A stretch of 64,000 nucleotides of DNA from a bacterium (lineage in GTDB: Bacteria; SAR324; XYD2-FULL-50-16): positions 1,691 through 65,690 of the forward strand of contig JAHJRI010000327.1 of the NCBI GenBank assembly GCA_018830885.1. Direction: 5' to 3'. Both the position numbers and the translations under genes were made by a program. Positions 1 to 9,573 of this stretch are shown here, in pieces (position 1 is the first letter of the stretch; every line of letters starts with the position of its first letter). The notes below the pieces were generated by a model that had not been told where the DNA came from, did no database searches, and was given only the letters and a program-made list of their open reading frames with translations.

Positions 1-1812
1 GCCAGTACCCTGACAACGCTGGTGATATTTTTACCACTGGTTTTTATTCGGGGTATTGCGGGGATCATGTTTCAACAACTGGCCTATGTCATCAGTTTTG
101 CCCTGCTTTGCTCCCTGGGGGTTGCCCTGATGTTGATTCCCATGCTGGCCTCAAGGCTGATGCGGTCTCCTATGGAGATCAGGAACGGTTCGATCTACAG
201 GAGGCTGGCATTCAGGCTGTACAGCTTGATTTCCCAGTTTTTTACAGCCTTGGAACAGAACTATATTGCCCTGTTGGCCATTTCCCTTAGACATAAAAAA
301 ATCTCCCTGACTCTGGTATTACTGATTTTGCTCTCCAGTTTAGCCCTGGTGCCTTGGATTGGTGTGGAGTATATGCCGGCATCTGATGAAAGCGAGGTCC
401 GGGTGGAAGTCACCATGGATGTCGGAACCAGCCTGGATGTCCTGAATCGTCAATTTGATCGCCTGGAATCCATTGCAGCGACTGCCATTCCGGAAACGCT
501 GAATACGGTTGCCCGATTGGGAGCCAGTCATTGGCGGGGCGGCGGCTCGCATACAGGTCAACTGCAGATTACACTCAAGCCTCTCCAGGAGAGAACCCGT
601 TCCAGCGAAGAGATTGCTGCGGATCTAAGGACAAGGTTGGATGGTATTCCCGGAATGGTGATCAGAACCAGGGCGGGTCAGGGTCTGTTCCTGTTTCGCT
701 TGATATCCGGAAGTGATACGGAAAGTATCCAGATCGATGTCCGTGGCTATGACATAGAAACGGCCCAGCGCTTATCACTTCGTATTCAACAGATTATTGA
801 AGAGATCCCTGGGGTTACCGATGTCCGGATGAGCCTGGAATCCGGAAGACCAGAGGAGCGCGTCTATGTGGATCGGGACCGGGCTGCCCAGATGGGGCTC
901 AGTGTTTCCGCCATTGCTGAATCCCTGCAGACGATTTTATCGGGGACACTCAGCGGCCGGTATCGGGAAAGCGGCAAGGAATATGATATCCTGGTCAAGG
1001 TGAAGGACGGGGAGTTGTTGAGTATGGAGGAACTGATGGACCTTACGGTGATTAACGCTGCCGGCATTCCCATTGTGATGAAAAACGTGGTCAAGGTCCG
1101 TCCAAGATTGGCACCCGTACAAATCACCAGAAAAGATCAGGCGCGAGTGGTTACCATTTCAGTCAATATCGCCGAGCGGGACATGGGCTCTATCCTCAAC
1201 GATATTCGACAGGCTTTATCGGGTTTGGTCATTCCCAGGGAATTCAGCCTGGCCTACTCGGGCGATATCGAAGCCCAGGAGGAAGCCTTTCAAGAGCTGC
1301 TGGTAGGGATTTTACTGGCCATCGTTCTGGTCTATGTGGTCATGGCCTGCCTCTATGAGTCAATTCGAGATCCCTTTATTGTTCTCTTTTCAGTACCGCT
1401 GGCTGTTATTGGGGTCATCCTGATCCTGTTTCTAACGGGGACCACATTCAACGTCCAGTCCTACATCGGCTGTATCATGCTGGCAGGGATTGTTGTCAAC
1501 AATGCCATCCTGTTGGTGGATCATATTAATCTCCTGAGAAGACGGGATCAGGCAACCCTGACGGATGCAATTATGGAAGCGGGCAGACGACGGTTGCGCC
1601 CCATTTTGATGACAGCCACCACAACGATTCTGGGTATGTTACCCCTCTCCTTGGGTTTACTGGAAGGTGGAGAAACCCAGGCATCAATGGCCAGGGTGGT
1701 TATCGGCGGACTGGCGAGTTCTACCCTGATTACCCTGATCCTGGTACCGCTTCTCTACGCTGTTTTTGAAAAATGGTTTCCCCACAGGCTAACCGTGCCT
1801 GCCGACAACTGA
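1..1812 (+). CDS. RND (AcrB/HAE1-type) efflux transporter permease, C-terminal ~600 aa; 5' end lies outside the window
   Basis: Frame is open from nt 1 (ASTLTTLVIFLPLVFIRGIAGIMFQQLAYV...). Alternating periplasmic and TM-bundle segments. C-terminus ...MTATTTILGMLPLSLGLLEGGETQASMARVVIGGLASSTLITLILVPLLY is typical of the AcrB/AcrD/AcrF family. Confidence 0.9.
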   Translation, partial: ASTLTTLVIFLPLVFIRGIAGIMFQQLAYVISFALLCSLGVALMLIPMLASRLMRSPMEIRNGSIYRRLAFRLYSLISQFFTALEQNYIALLAISLRHKKISLTLVLLILLSSLALVPWIGVEYMPASDESEVRVEVTMDVGTSLDVLNRQFDRLESIAATAIPETLNTVARLGASHWRGGGSHTGQLQITLKPLQERTRSSEEIAADLRTRLDGIPGMVIRTRAGQGLFLFRLISGSDTESIQIDVRGYDIETAQRLSLRIQQIIEEIPGVTDVRMSLESGRPEERVYVDRDRAAQMGLSVSAIAESLQTILSGTLSGRYRESGKEYDILVKVKDGELLSMEELMDLTVINAAGIPIVMKNVVKVRPRLAPVQITRKDQARVVTISVNIAERDMGSILNDIRQALSGLVIPREFSLAYSGDIEAQEEAFQELLVGILLAIVLVYVVMACLYESIRDPFIVLFSVPLAVIGVILILFLTGTTFNVQSYIGCIMLAGIVVNNAILLVDHINLLRRRDQATLTDAIMEAGRRRLRPILMTATTTILGMLPLSLGLLEGGETQASMARVVIGGLASSTLITLILVPLLYAVFEKWFPHRLTVPADN

Positions 1813-1889
1813 CGACAGCCAGGATTTCGGAAGAGGGCTATAGTTTTTTTACGGAAATCTGCGTTTTTGCGTCTGTCTGTGGTCTAGTT

Positions 1890-1914
1890 CCGGTCTGAGA
1901 AACCGGTTTTTTTT
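1890..1914 (+). terminator. Candidate rho-independent terminator after the RND gene
   Basis: CCGGT (1890-1894) / ACCGG (1902-1906) stem with a 7-nt loop, followed by T8 (1907-1914). The stem is short. Confidence 0.4.
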
Positions 1915-1985
1915 AAAACAGTTAGGCATTCAGGCAGCTGTTGATCTTGTTTTTTGTTGGTCATGCTTTTCTCGAGGGGGATATC

Positions 1986-2924
1986 ATGAAAAAGATTCTC
2001 ACAATGGTGGCAGGTATTGTTATCGTGGTGGTTCTTGCCATGTTTGTCAGTTACCATATTGCCATATCCAGACTTGAAGAACTGACACCGGAAGTCAGAA
2101 AAAACCTGCCCGGCGACTTCGTCTCCTTGTCGGAAGGCACGATCAGTTATTACTGGAAAGGGCCTGAAAACGGCAATATCGTTGTCCTGGTGCATGGATT
2201 TTCGACACCAAAATTTGTCTGGGACCGAAATGTGGATGCATTGACAGCAGCTGGCAACAGGGTGCTGGCTTTTGACCATTTTGGCCGGGGATTTTCGGAC
2301 CGACCTGATGTGGTATATGATGCAGACCATTACAACCGGGAACTGCTCGAACTTCTGGATGCTCTGGGTGTCAGAACGCCCGTGAATCTGGTCGGGTACT
2401 CCATGGGGGGAGGAAATGTGGTCGGGTTTGCCGCTCGCAATCCAACCCGTGTGAAGAAACTGATTCTGATTGCCCCGGCAGGTTATGTTCCCCCGTACAC
2501 AGGACTGGCTGCGCTTGCACTAACACCAGGCCTGGGGGACTGGCTGATGGCCATGATGGGTAAAAGTACGATTATGAAAACAGTGCAGAAAGAGGTTGAG
2601 GAGGGACGGGCATTGCCGGATATGATCGAAAACTTCGAAAAGCAGCTGAAATATCGTGGATACCTGCCGGCTTTGCTGTCAACCATGAGAAACTATCCCA
2701 TGTCCGACCTTTCGGCCGACTATGAAAAAGTGGGAAGACTGGGTATTCCTGCGGTTGCGATCTGGGGGACCAGTGACTCCACCGTTCCTTTTGCCGGTTC
2801 TGAAAAAGTACTCAAGGCTATTCCGCAACTCGTATTGTATCCGATTGAAGGGGCTGAACACTCAGTGACCTATTCCAGGGCAGACGACGTGAATCGGATA
2901 CTGATTTCGGTCTTAAAGGACTAG
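1986..2924 (+). CDS. alpha/beta-fold hydrolase with N-terminal membrane anchor
   Basis: ATG 1986 is preceded by GAGGGGG. HGFSTP oxyanion-type motif, GYSMGG nucleophile elbow (GxSxG), C-terminal ...EGAEHSV catalytic His region. Confidence 0.8.
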   Translation: MKKILTMVAGIVIVVVLAMFVSYHIAISRLEELTPEVRKNLPGDFVSLSEGTISYYWKGPENGNIVVLVHGFSTPKFVWDRNVDALTAAGNRVLAFDHFGRGFSDRPDVVYDADHYNRELLELLDALGVRTPVNLVGYSMGGGNVVGFAARNPTRVKKLILIAPAGYVPPYTGLAALALTPGLGDWLMAMMGKSTIMKTVQKEVEEGRALPDMIENFEKQLKYRGYLPALLSTMRNYPMSDLSADYEKVGRLGIPAVAIWGTSDSTVPFAGSEKVLKAIPQLVLYPIEGAEHSVTYSRADDVNRILISVLKD

Positions 2925-2935
2925 AAGCGGTTCAC

Positions 2936-3298
2936 TCATTCAAACCGGCCGGCGTCAATCTCTATGATATCACCGTGCCGGAATGAGACCGATTGGCTTC
3001 TGAAAACAAAAACCCGGCCCTTGAACCAGCCTTTTTCTGCTATTTCAGAATCACAGATGCCCGGTTCCATCAGAATCAGTGTCAGCTGTTCCAGTTCGGG
3101 CAGGAACTGTGCGTTTTTATCGGACGGATGCAATGCGACGATGGCGACCGGATGACCGGGCAGTGGATACGAATAAAACTGATCACAGGATGTTTCTGCC
3201 CCGTGCAAAGCCCCGCCAACCAGAACCAACACACCTGCCAGCAGGATGGCATGGATCAGTCGGACTCGGACACCGTAAGGTTGCTTCTGAATTGACAT
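2936..3298 (-). CDS. hypothetical exported/anchored protein (120 aa)
   Basis: ORF with an N-terminal hydrophobic segment (LIHAILLAGVLVLVGGALHG). No recognisable domain. Confidence 0.4.
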   Translation of the reverse strand: MSIQKQPYGVRVRLIHAILLAGVLVLVGGALHGAETSCDQFYSYPLPGHPVAIVALHPSDKNAQFLPELEQLTLILMEPGICDSEIAEKGWFKGRVFVFRSQSVSFRHGDIIEIDAGRFE

Positions 3299-3344
3299 AC
3301 CCTGGTTGATAAAATGATTCTCCGCCGATACCGATCTGAGGGCA

Positions 3345-3500
3345 TCAGGACCTGTATGTAATTGAACTCATTAACGACAGCCAGTCGTGGCCGTTATCAC
3401 GTGGAGCGTTCTTCGCTGCGAGTCTCGCGAATTCAACTGACATCGCCATCATGGCGATGCTTAACGGCTCCTATGCTGAACAATCACATACAGGACCCGA
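3345..3500. repeat. 156-bp element bounded by imperfect 23-bp inverted repeats with nested internal hairpins
   Basis: Arms 3345-3367 and 3478-3500 pair at 18/23 positions (core CCTGTATGT/ACATACAGG). Inner stem GCCGTTA 3390-3396 / TAACGGC 3462-3468. Hairpin CATCGCC-atcat-GGCGATG at 3441-3459. Confidence 0.5.
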
Positions 3501-3612
3501 TTCCCTTCGCAGGACACATGCTTTACAATTACATTATCTTACATTTATTTCCACCACCAGTACCCCTTAAGCTGACGGCCGCTGTCAGAATGCCATACAG
3601 GAAATAGAGCGC

Positions 3613-4818
3613 TTATGTGAGAAGTTTCAGGGTTTCTCTGGCGATATCCAGTTCTTCATCGGTGGGGATTACAAAAATACGGGTGGCAGATCCGTCTGTC
3701 TGTATTTCTCTGGCAATATCACGTGCTGCCAGATTTTTTGTTGTATCCAGATCAATTCCCAGTTTTTCCATCCCTTCACAGACACGGCTGCGAATCTGCG
3801 GTGCGTGTTCTCCTATGCCAGCGGTGAAAACGATGGCATGCACCGTACCCAGAACGGCCAGGTATGCACCGATATATTTTTTAATCCGGTAGGTGTACAT
3901 TTCCAGAGCGGTGATGGCCTGCGGGTTTCCCTGCTCCGAGGCCAGAACAATATCCCGCATGTCGTTCATCCCGCAGATCCCTTTCAGTCCGCTCTCCTTA
4001 TTCAACAGGGTATTGATTTCCTCGATAGACATATCGGCGTTTGAAGCCAGAAAATGCGGAATTGAAGGGTCTATATCGCCGCTGCGGGTACCCATGATGA
4101 GTCCTTCCAGGGGTGTCATTCCCATGGAGGTGTCAACGCTTTTTCCTTTCGCGATGGCTGTAACACTCCCCCCATTGCCCAGATGAATGGTTATCAGATT
4201 CAGCTCCGAAAGGGGCTTTTGCAGCAGTCGAGCAGCTTCCCCGGCAACATAGTGATGGGATGTCCCGTGAAATCCATAGCGCCTGATTTTAAGGGTTGTA
4301 TAGAGCTTATACGGTAACGCATAAAGATACGCCTTTGGGGGAATTGTGTGATGAAAAGCGGTATCAAAAACAGCCACCTGAACAGCGGAAGGAAATATGC
4401 TACGTGCGACCTGGATCCCCAGAATGTTGGCGGGATTATGCAGGGGTGCCAGAGGAACGTTTTCACGGATGGCATCCAGGACCTGATCGTCGATGATCGT
4501 CGGTTCACGAAAGGTTTCTGCGCCATGAACGACCCGGTGTCCAACGGCATCGATTTCGGAGACATTCTTGATGACACCCGTTTCAGCATGGGTCATCAGG
4601 GAGACGATGGTGTTCAGGCCTACGGTATGATTCGGGATGATCTCATCCCGCAGGATTTTGTTTTCAGAATGACCTGAAAGTACTACATAGGTATGCCGAC
4701 CGCCACCGGGTTCCCCGATTTTTTCGAGGTTGCCATGCACCAGGACAGAATTGTCATCGATGGAAAAAAGCTTGTATTTGATGGAAGAACTGCCCGTATT
4801 GATGACCAGAATTTTCAT
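3613..4818 (-). CDS. ackA: acetate kinase
   Basis: 401 aa. MKILVINTGSSSIKYKLF N-terminus, ...RRYGFHGTSH..., ...TAGIGEH... acetokinase motifs. 4-nt overlap with upstream pta. Confidence 0.95.
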   Translation of the reverse strand: MKILVINTGSSSIKYKLFSIDDNSVLVHGNLEKIGEPGGGRHTYVVLSGHSENKILRDEIIPNHTVGLNTIVSLMTHAETGVIKNVSEIDAVGHRVVHGAETFREPTIIDDQVLDAIRENVPLAPLHNPANILGIQVARSIFPSAVQVAVFDTAFHHTIPPKAYLYALPYKLYTTLKIRRYGFHGTSHHYVAGEAARLLQKPLSELNLITIHLGNGGSVTAIAKGKSVDTSMGMTPLEGLIMGTRSGDIDPSIPHFLASNADMSIEEINTLLNKESGLKGICGMNDMRDIVLASEQGNPQAITALEMYTYRIKKYIGAYLAVLGTVHAIVFTAGIGEHAPQIRSRVCEGMEKLGIDLDTTKNLAARDIAREIQTDGSATRIFVIPTDEELDIARETLKLLT

Positions 4819-6914
4819 GAGAGACCTTTTTCTGCTTGCGCCTGTATCGCTGTAATGGCAACCGTATTGACAATATCGGCAACCAGGCAGCCACGGCTGA
4901 GATCGTTCACCGGTTTATTCAATCCCTGCATGATTGGACCAATCGCTACGGCGTTAGTCGACCGTTGTACGGCTTTATAAGTGTTGTTACCAGTATTCAG
5001 GTCCGGGAAGATGAACACCGTTGCCCTGCCAGCAACAGCACTGTCTGGCATCTTGGCTTTGGCGACGGTTAGATCAACGGCGGCGTCATACTGTATCGGC
5101 CCTTCCACGAGAAGATCAGGCGCGAGACGATGCGCAATCTCAGCCGCTTTTTTTACTTTATCAACCTCATCACCAATGCCGGAGTCCCCGGAGGAGTACG
5201 AAAGCAGCGCAACACGGGGTTCAATACCAAAAATCCGTGCCGTTTTGGCAGATTCAATCGCAATTTCAGCCAGCTGTTCAGCTGTGGGTCTTGGATTGAC
5301 TGCGCAGTCGCCGTATCCAAGTACGCGGTCCTCCAGACACATGAAAATGATACTGGACATAATGGTACTGCCTGGTTTTGTCTTGACGAATTCCAGAGAG
5401 GGGCGAACGGTGTTCAGGGTTGAATGGACAGCTCCCGATACCATTCCGTCTGCATGACCTTTATAGACCATCATCGTTCCAAAATGATTGACACCGGACA
5501 TAACATCCCAGGCATTGTCCCTGGTAATACCCTTGTGTTTTCTCAGCTGAAAATAGGTCTCCACATACGCTTCAAAATATTCCGATCTGACGGGATCGAT
5601 AATTTTGATACCGCTGATTGACAGGCCGAGATCCGAGATATTTTTGCTTATTGCCTGCTCATTTCCCAAAAGAATAATATCGGCAACATCTCGGTTAATT
5701 AATATTTCCGTTGCTTCCAAAATACGCTGCTCTTCACCTTCCGGTAAAACAATGGTCTGTTTGTGCGTTCTTGCCCGTTTGATCAGACCAAACTCGAACA
5801 TTTTCGGGGTGACAATGGAAGTGCTGAAACGGACAATTCGCTGTCTAAGTTCGGTTGTGTCGACATTGGACTCGAAAAGACCCAGGGAAATAGCGATCTT
5901 CTTCTGATCACCAGGTGAAATGCGGGTTTTGATTTTATCCACCAGATTCGCAGTCGTGAAGGTGTCCTCCTTCACTTTTAGAATCGGTGCCAGATCATGA
6001 TAACCTTCAAGAAGATTAAAAAGGGTTTCGTCCGGCTCCAGATACCCGGTCAGAATCATTCCGGCGATATTCGGCATATTCCTGGACCTAAAAGCCGCCA
6101 GAGTGCCAAGAATAATATCCAGTCGATCAATCGGTGTAATTACCAGACTGCCTTCAGTCAGCCTGGGGAGATAGTTCTTCAGGTTCATGGCTGCGACCAC
6201 AAAACGTGAAACCAATCGATTCATCTGGGAGTGGCCGAACAGAACATCGGCATGAATGGCCTTCGCAATTTCCGCCATGGTCAGATTTTCCAGTGTCCCT
6301 TCCAGCGGTATGGTGTAAATCAGATCCACCTTGTTGTTGAAGCTCGCTTTCATTTGCGCCAGCAGGTCCTGCTGGAGAACGACCGGTGTTCGATTGATGA
6401 TCAGTGCCAGCACATCACAGCTTTTTTCTTCAAACAATTCAAAAGCAAACCTGCAGGATTGGACCACCTCAGTGATACTGAGCTGGCGTGCATTGGCGAT
6501 CATCAGCACCGGACAACCGAGATTGTTCGCAATTTCCGCATTCAGCTCAAATTCAATGGCAGAGGCCTCACCCTCAAAATCGGTTCCCAGGCAGAGGACA
6601 AAATCAAATTCACTCTCAAGGGTCTTGTATTTTGTGACAATGCCTTCCAACAGCTTTTCATGGTTTTTTGCCGCCATCAGGGATTGTGCTTCATCGGTTG
6701 TGAAGGCATACATGGCGTCATGGGGAATATCCAGCTTATAGTGACTGGAGATCAGAGAGATGGTCCGGTCTTTTTCGCCCGCCTTGACGTTAATGATGGG
6801 ACGGAAAAAAGCCACCCTGCCAAGGTTTCTGACCAGGAACTCCATGATGCCAAGTGTCACAGTGGCTTTGCCGCTTTGGGGTTCGACAGCGGTGATAAAC
6901 AGGTTCTTGGACAT
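4815..6914 (-). CDS. pta: phosphate acetyltransferase (long form with N-terminal regulatory domains)
   Basis: 699 aa. N-terminal CobQ/DRTGG-like half. C-terminal PTA_PTB domain (IVLPEGEEQRILEA..., GDCAVNPRPTAEQLAEIA, LLSYSSG, FIFPDLNTGNNTYKAVQR). Confidence 0.95.
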   Translation of the reverse strand: MSKNLFITAVEPQSGKATVTLGIMEFLVRNLGRVAFFRPIINVKAGEKDRTISLISSHYKLDIPHDAMYAFTTDEAQSLMAAKNHEKLLEGIVTKYKTLESEFDFVLCLGTDFEGEASAIEFELNAEIANNLGCPVLMIANARQLSITEVVQSCRFAFELFEEKSCDVLALIINRTPVVLQQDLLAQMKASFNNKVDLIYTIPLEGTLENLTMAEIAKAIHADVLFGHSQMNRLVSRFVVAAMNLKNYLPRLTEGSLVITPIDRLDIILGTLAAFRSRNMPNIAGMILTGYLEPDETLFNLLEGYHDLAPILKVKEDTFTTANLVDKIKTRISPGDQKKIAISLGLFESNVDTTELRQRIVRFSTSIVTPKMFEFGLIKRARTHKQTIVLPEGEEQRILEATEILINRDVADIILLGNEQAISKNISDLGLSISGIKIIDPVRSEYFEAYVETYFQLRKHKGITRDNAWDVMSGVNHFGTMMVYKGHADGMVSGAVHSTLNTVRPSLEFVKTKPGSTIMSSIIFMCLEDRVLGYGDCAVNPRPTAEQLAEIAIESAKTARIFGIEPRVALLSYSSGDSGIGDEVDKVKKAAEIAHRLAPDLLVEGPIQYDAAVDLTVAKAKMPDSAVAGRATVFIFPDLNTGNNTYKAVQRSTNAVAIGPIMQGLNKPVNDLSRGCLVADIVNTVAITAIQAQAEKGLS

Positions 6915-7489
6915 ATGTTGGAACTCAGCTGCAGAGAGATAGGATAACCTCGATTTGTCCTCAATAACTAAATGTCATCCGAGAAGATCAAGGTGGCCGA
7001 AATGAGAGAAAGCATGCAAAAACTATATACCAGAATCTGCGCTTCTTGTAAGGGGGTTTTTTGGATCCTTTTTGAATGAACGATTATCTTCCGGACCATG
7101 GCTTTTTTTAATAAAGAGAAGATCAGCGCCGGGAAACAGGTGCATAACAACGGCGACAATACAGAAAACAAATGATATAAGACTGAATTTGAGAAAATAG
7201 ATCTTATTTTTCATTTTTGATCAGTTCTGATAGTTTTTCATGACCGTTGAAACCATGTCCTGACTTTTCTTTTCAGCCATGAATATTCTTGTTTGGGAAA
7301 TTTTTGCAATCTCAAATACTCAATATAATTCCTGAATATCTATTATAACTGGTCTTTCCATCAAAAATAGGCACCTGCTGACCGAAAGAGGAACACCTAC
7401 GCTGCCGATTTTTCAGATCAGGAAAAAAATTCAAATGTTCTGCACTCTCCAGATCTTTATTTATAAGACTTCTGACGGGAAAAATCTTC

Positions 7490-7507
7490 TTTTTTTTTAA
7501 AAAAAAA
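7490..7507. repeat. T9A9 homopolymer palindrome
   Basis: TTTTTTTTTAAAAAAAAA read directly, inside the long AT-rich pta-dnaB intergenic gap. Confidence 0.9.
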
Positions 7508-7636
7508 TATGCCTTTTTCAATTGGTTCGAATGGCATCTATATTCCCTGAGCGTTTTCCAAAGATGCCGAAGTGGGGGCAACCAGATGAAATATCAGCAA
7601 TTAAGACGATTTAGGGAATTCCCTGGTATTGAACAA

Positions 7637-7665
7637 TTGAAAAGCAACGGCAGTTCCTCTATGAT
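7637..7665 (+). promoter_or_regulatory. Candidate sigma70 promoter for dnaB
   Basis: TTGAAA (7637-7642), 17-nt spacer, TATGAT (7660-7665), about 45 nt upstream of the dnaB ATG. Confidence 0.45.
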
Positions 7666-7710
7666 GGAACATCGAATCAAATCTCTGGATTAGTAATTGT
7701 GATGTTTTGA

Positions 7711-9066
7711 ATGCAGCCCATGAACAAGAAACAGACACTTTCCATCCCTTATGATATTGAAGCTGAACAGGCACTGCTTGGGGCGATTATCGAGAACAAT
7801 GATGCCTTGGGCGAGATGGCAAGTATTCTGACTCCCAATTCGTTCTATAAACCGTCCCATCAGCATATATTTCGAGCCATGCTGGAACTGGTTGATCTTC
7901 AGCAGCCCATTGACGAGGTGCTTCTCGGAGACCAGCTTCGTTCCTTCAATCAACTTGAAGAAGCTGGCGGGTATGCCTATCTGGCAGAATTGGTGGAGTG
8001 TGTGCCCAGTTCCGGCAATATCATTTATTACGCAAAAATCGTTCAGGAACATGCCCTCCTGCGGGATCTCATAGCTACGACCACCGAGATTGGTCGCAAG
8101 AGCCGGGATCCGGAACAGAACATTGCTGAGCTGTTGTCAGAGGCTGAAAGCAAGATCACAGAAATATCGACTCGGTCGACAACGCGGAAATACGACCATA
8201 TCAAGGACATTCTGGCCTCAAGCTTCAAAAGGCTGGAGAAGATATCCGAGACAACGGATGAAGTTACCGGCATTCCGACAGGATTTATTGATCTGGATCG
8301 TTTTACATCAGGACTGCAGAATTCGGACTTGATAATTGTAGCGGCCCGCCCTTCAATGGGTAAAACCGCATTTGCACTGAATATTGCCACTTACGTTGCC
8401 ACGCGGATTGAAGAGAAGGGTGCCATTCTGGTTTTCAGCATGGAGATGTCCAAAGAGCAGCTGGCAATCAGGATGTTGACCTCGGAATCAAAGGTTGACA
8501 GTAAAAAATTGCGCGCCGGAAACCTGGAGCAGGAGGATTGGGATAAACTGGCCATGGCAACTGAAAAGCTGTCCGTGGTCCCTCTTTTTATCAATGACGC
8601 AACCAATTTGTCACCCTACGAACTGACAACCATTGCCAAGCAGCTGAATAAGGAGTTCGTAAACGGAGTTTCCCTGATTGTCGTGGATTATCTCCAATTG
8701 ATGAAAGGGAATCGCTCCAATATGCCCAGGGAACAGGAAATTGCTGAAATCTCGCGCTCGTTGAAAGGTGTGGCCAAAGAACTCGATATTCCGGTGATTG
8801 CTCTGTCACAACTGAATCGAGCGCTTGAAAATCGAAGTGATAAACATCCGCAACTGGCGGATTTAAGAGAATCCGGGGCGATTGAACAGGATGCCGATAT
8901 TATCCTCTTTATATACCGGGATGAGGTTTATAATGATGATTCACCGGACAAGGGAATTGCCGAGATCATCATTTCAAAACATCGAAACGGACCAACGGGT
9001 GTTATCCGGCTTGCATTCATCGGCAAATACACAAAATTTGCCAATCTCTCCAGACAGGAACCCTAA
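7711..9066 (+). CDS. dnaB: replicative DNA helicase DnaB
   Basis: 451 aa. N-terminal DIEAEQALLGAII, Walker A AARPSMGKTAF, VVDYLQLM, SQLNRALENR, ESGAIEQDADI motifs. Confidence 0.95.
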   Translation: MQPMNKKQTLSIPYDIEAEQALLGAIIENNDALGEMASILTPNSFYKPSHQHIFRAMLELVDLQQPIDEVLLGDQLRSFNQLEEAGGYAYLAELVECVPSSGNIIYYAKIVQEHALLRDLIATTTEIGRKSRDPEQNIAELLSEAESKITEISTRSTTRKYDHIKDILASSFKRLEKISETTDEVTGIPTGFIDLDRFTSGLQNSDLIIVAARPSMGKTAFALNIATYVATRIEEKGAILVFSMEMSKEQLAIRMLTSESKVDSKKLRAGNLEQEDWDKLAMATEKLSVVPLFINDATNLSPYELTTIAKQLNKEFVNGVSLIVVDYLQLMKGNRSNMPREQEIAEISRSLKGVAKELDIPVIALSQLNRALENRSDKHPQLADLRESGAIEQDADIILFIYRDEVYNDDSPDKGIAEIIISKHRNGPTGVIRLAFIGKYTKFANLSRQEP

Positions 9067-9549
9067 ATGTCGGACGTGTATCCAGAACACCGTTTTTTCA
9101 AAGTCGAAAAGATAATTGAAAAAGTCCTGAAGCAAAACAATCTGCAGGAGGTGCTCTACTTTACAAAGATATTCAAATACTGGGACGTCATCGTCGGCAA
9201 ACCACTGTCAAAAAAAGCGTATCCCCTGAAACTGAAGAACAGAACGCTCTTTGTTGGTGTGGAAGATTCTGCCTATTCCCACCATCTCCGGTTTTACGAG
9301 GCGAATATCATTGAATTGATTGCGTCTCCCGAAATATGCGGGGACGGTGCCGTGAAAAAAATAGTCTTCCGCACGGTTCCAAAACGTGTTGTGCAAAGCG
9401 TATCTTTGGAACCCATGGGGGCGGCGGAAGCATCACCCGTATTGAGTGATTTAGATAAAGCACGGGCGGAAGAGACATCACTCAAAATCAAGGACCAGCG
9501 CCTGCAAAAAACCTTCTCTCGCTATATGGCGAAAATTATTTCAAAATAG
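9067..9549 (+). CDS. dciA: DUF721/DciA-family protein (putative replicative helicase loader)
   Basis: 160 aa. The ATG abuts the dnaB TAA with no gap. Core WDVIVGKPLSKKAYPLKLKNRTLFVGVEDSAYSHHLRFYEANIIELI matches the DUF721 pattern (W..ivG....h..p..l....L.v.v.s..w...L). Confidence 0.75.
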   Translation: MSDVYPEHRFFKVEKIIEKVLKQNNLQEVLYFTKIFKYWDVIVGKPLSKKAYPLKLKNRTLFVGVEDSAYSHHLRFYEANIIELIASPEICGDGAVKKIVFRTVPKRVVQSVSLEPMGAAEASPVLSDLDKARAEETSLKIKDQRLQKTFSRYMAKIISK

Positions 9550-9573
9550 ACATCTAAAGCAGAAAGGTATCCA

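Noticed and set aside
6231-6947. Long antisense ORFs opposite well-supported genes: 6231-6947 opposite pta, 40812-41435 opposite miaB, 21096-21656 opposite the amidase, 10909-11415 opposite Nif3, 13917-14429 opposite the ICMT-like gene, and 47403-47894 opposite the 189-aa ORF.
   Set aside because: Their translations are low-complexity or odd in composition and carry no motifs. The opposite strand encodes proteins with clear family signatures. These are typical shadow ORFs.
7515-7535. TGGTTCGAATGG, resembling a tRNA T-loop (GTTCGAAT).
   Set aside because: The flanking bases cannot form the 5-bp T-stem, and no acceptor or anticodon arms can be drawn. I found no tRNA anywhere in the window.
7312-7581. 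89-aa basic ORF spanning the T9A9 tract.
   Set aside because: The homopolymer generates the FFLKKKK run. There is no SD or motif, so it is most likely non-coding AT-rich DNA.
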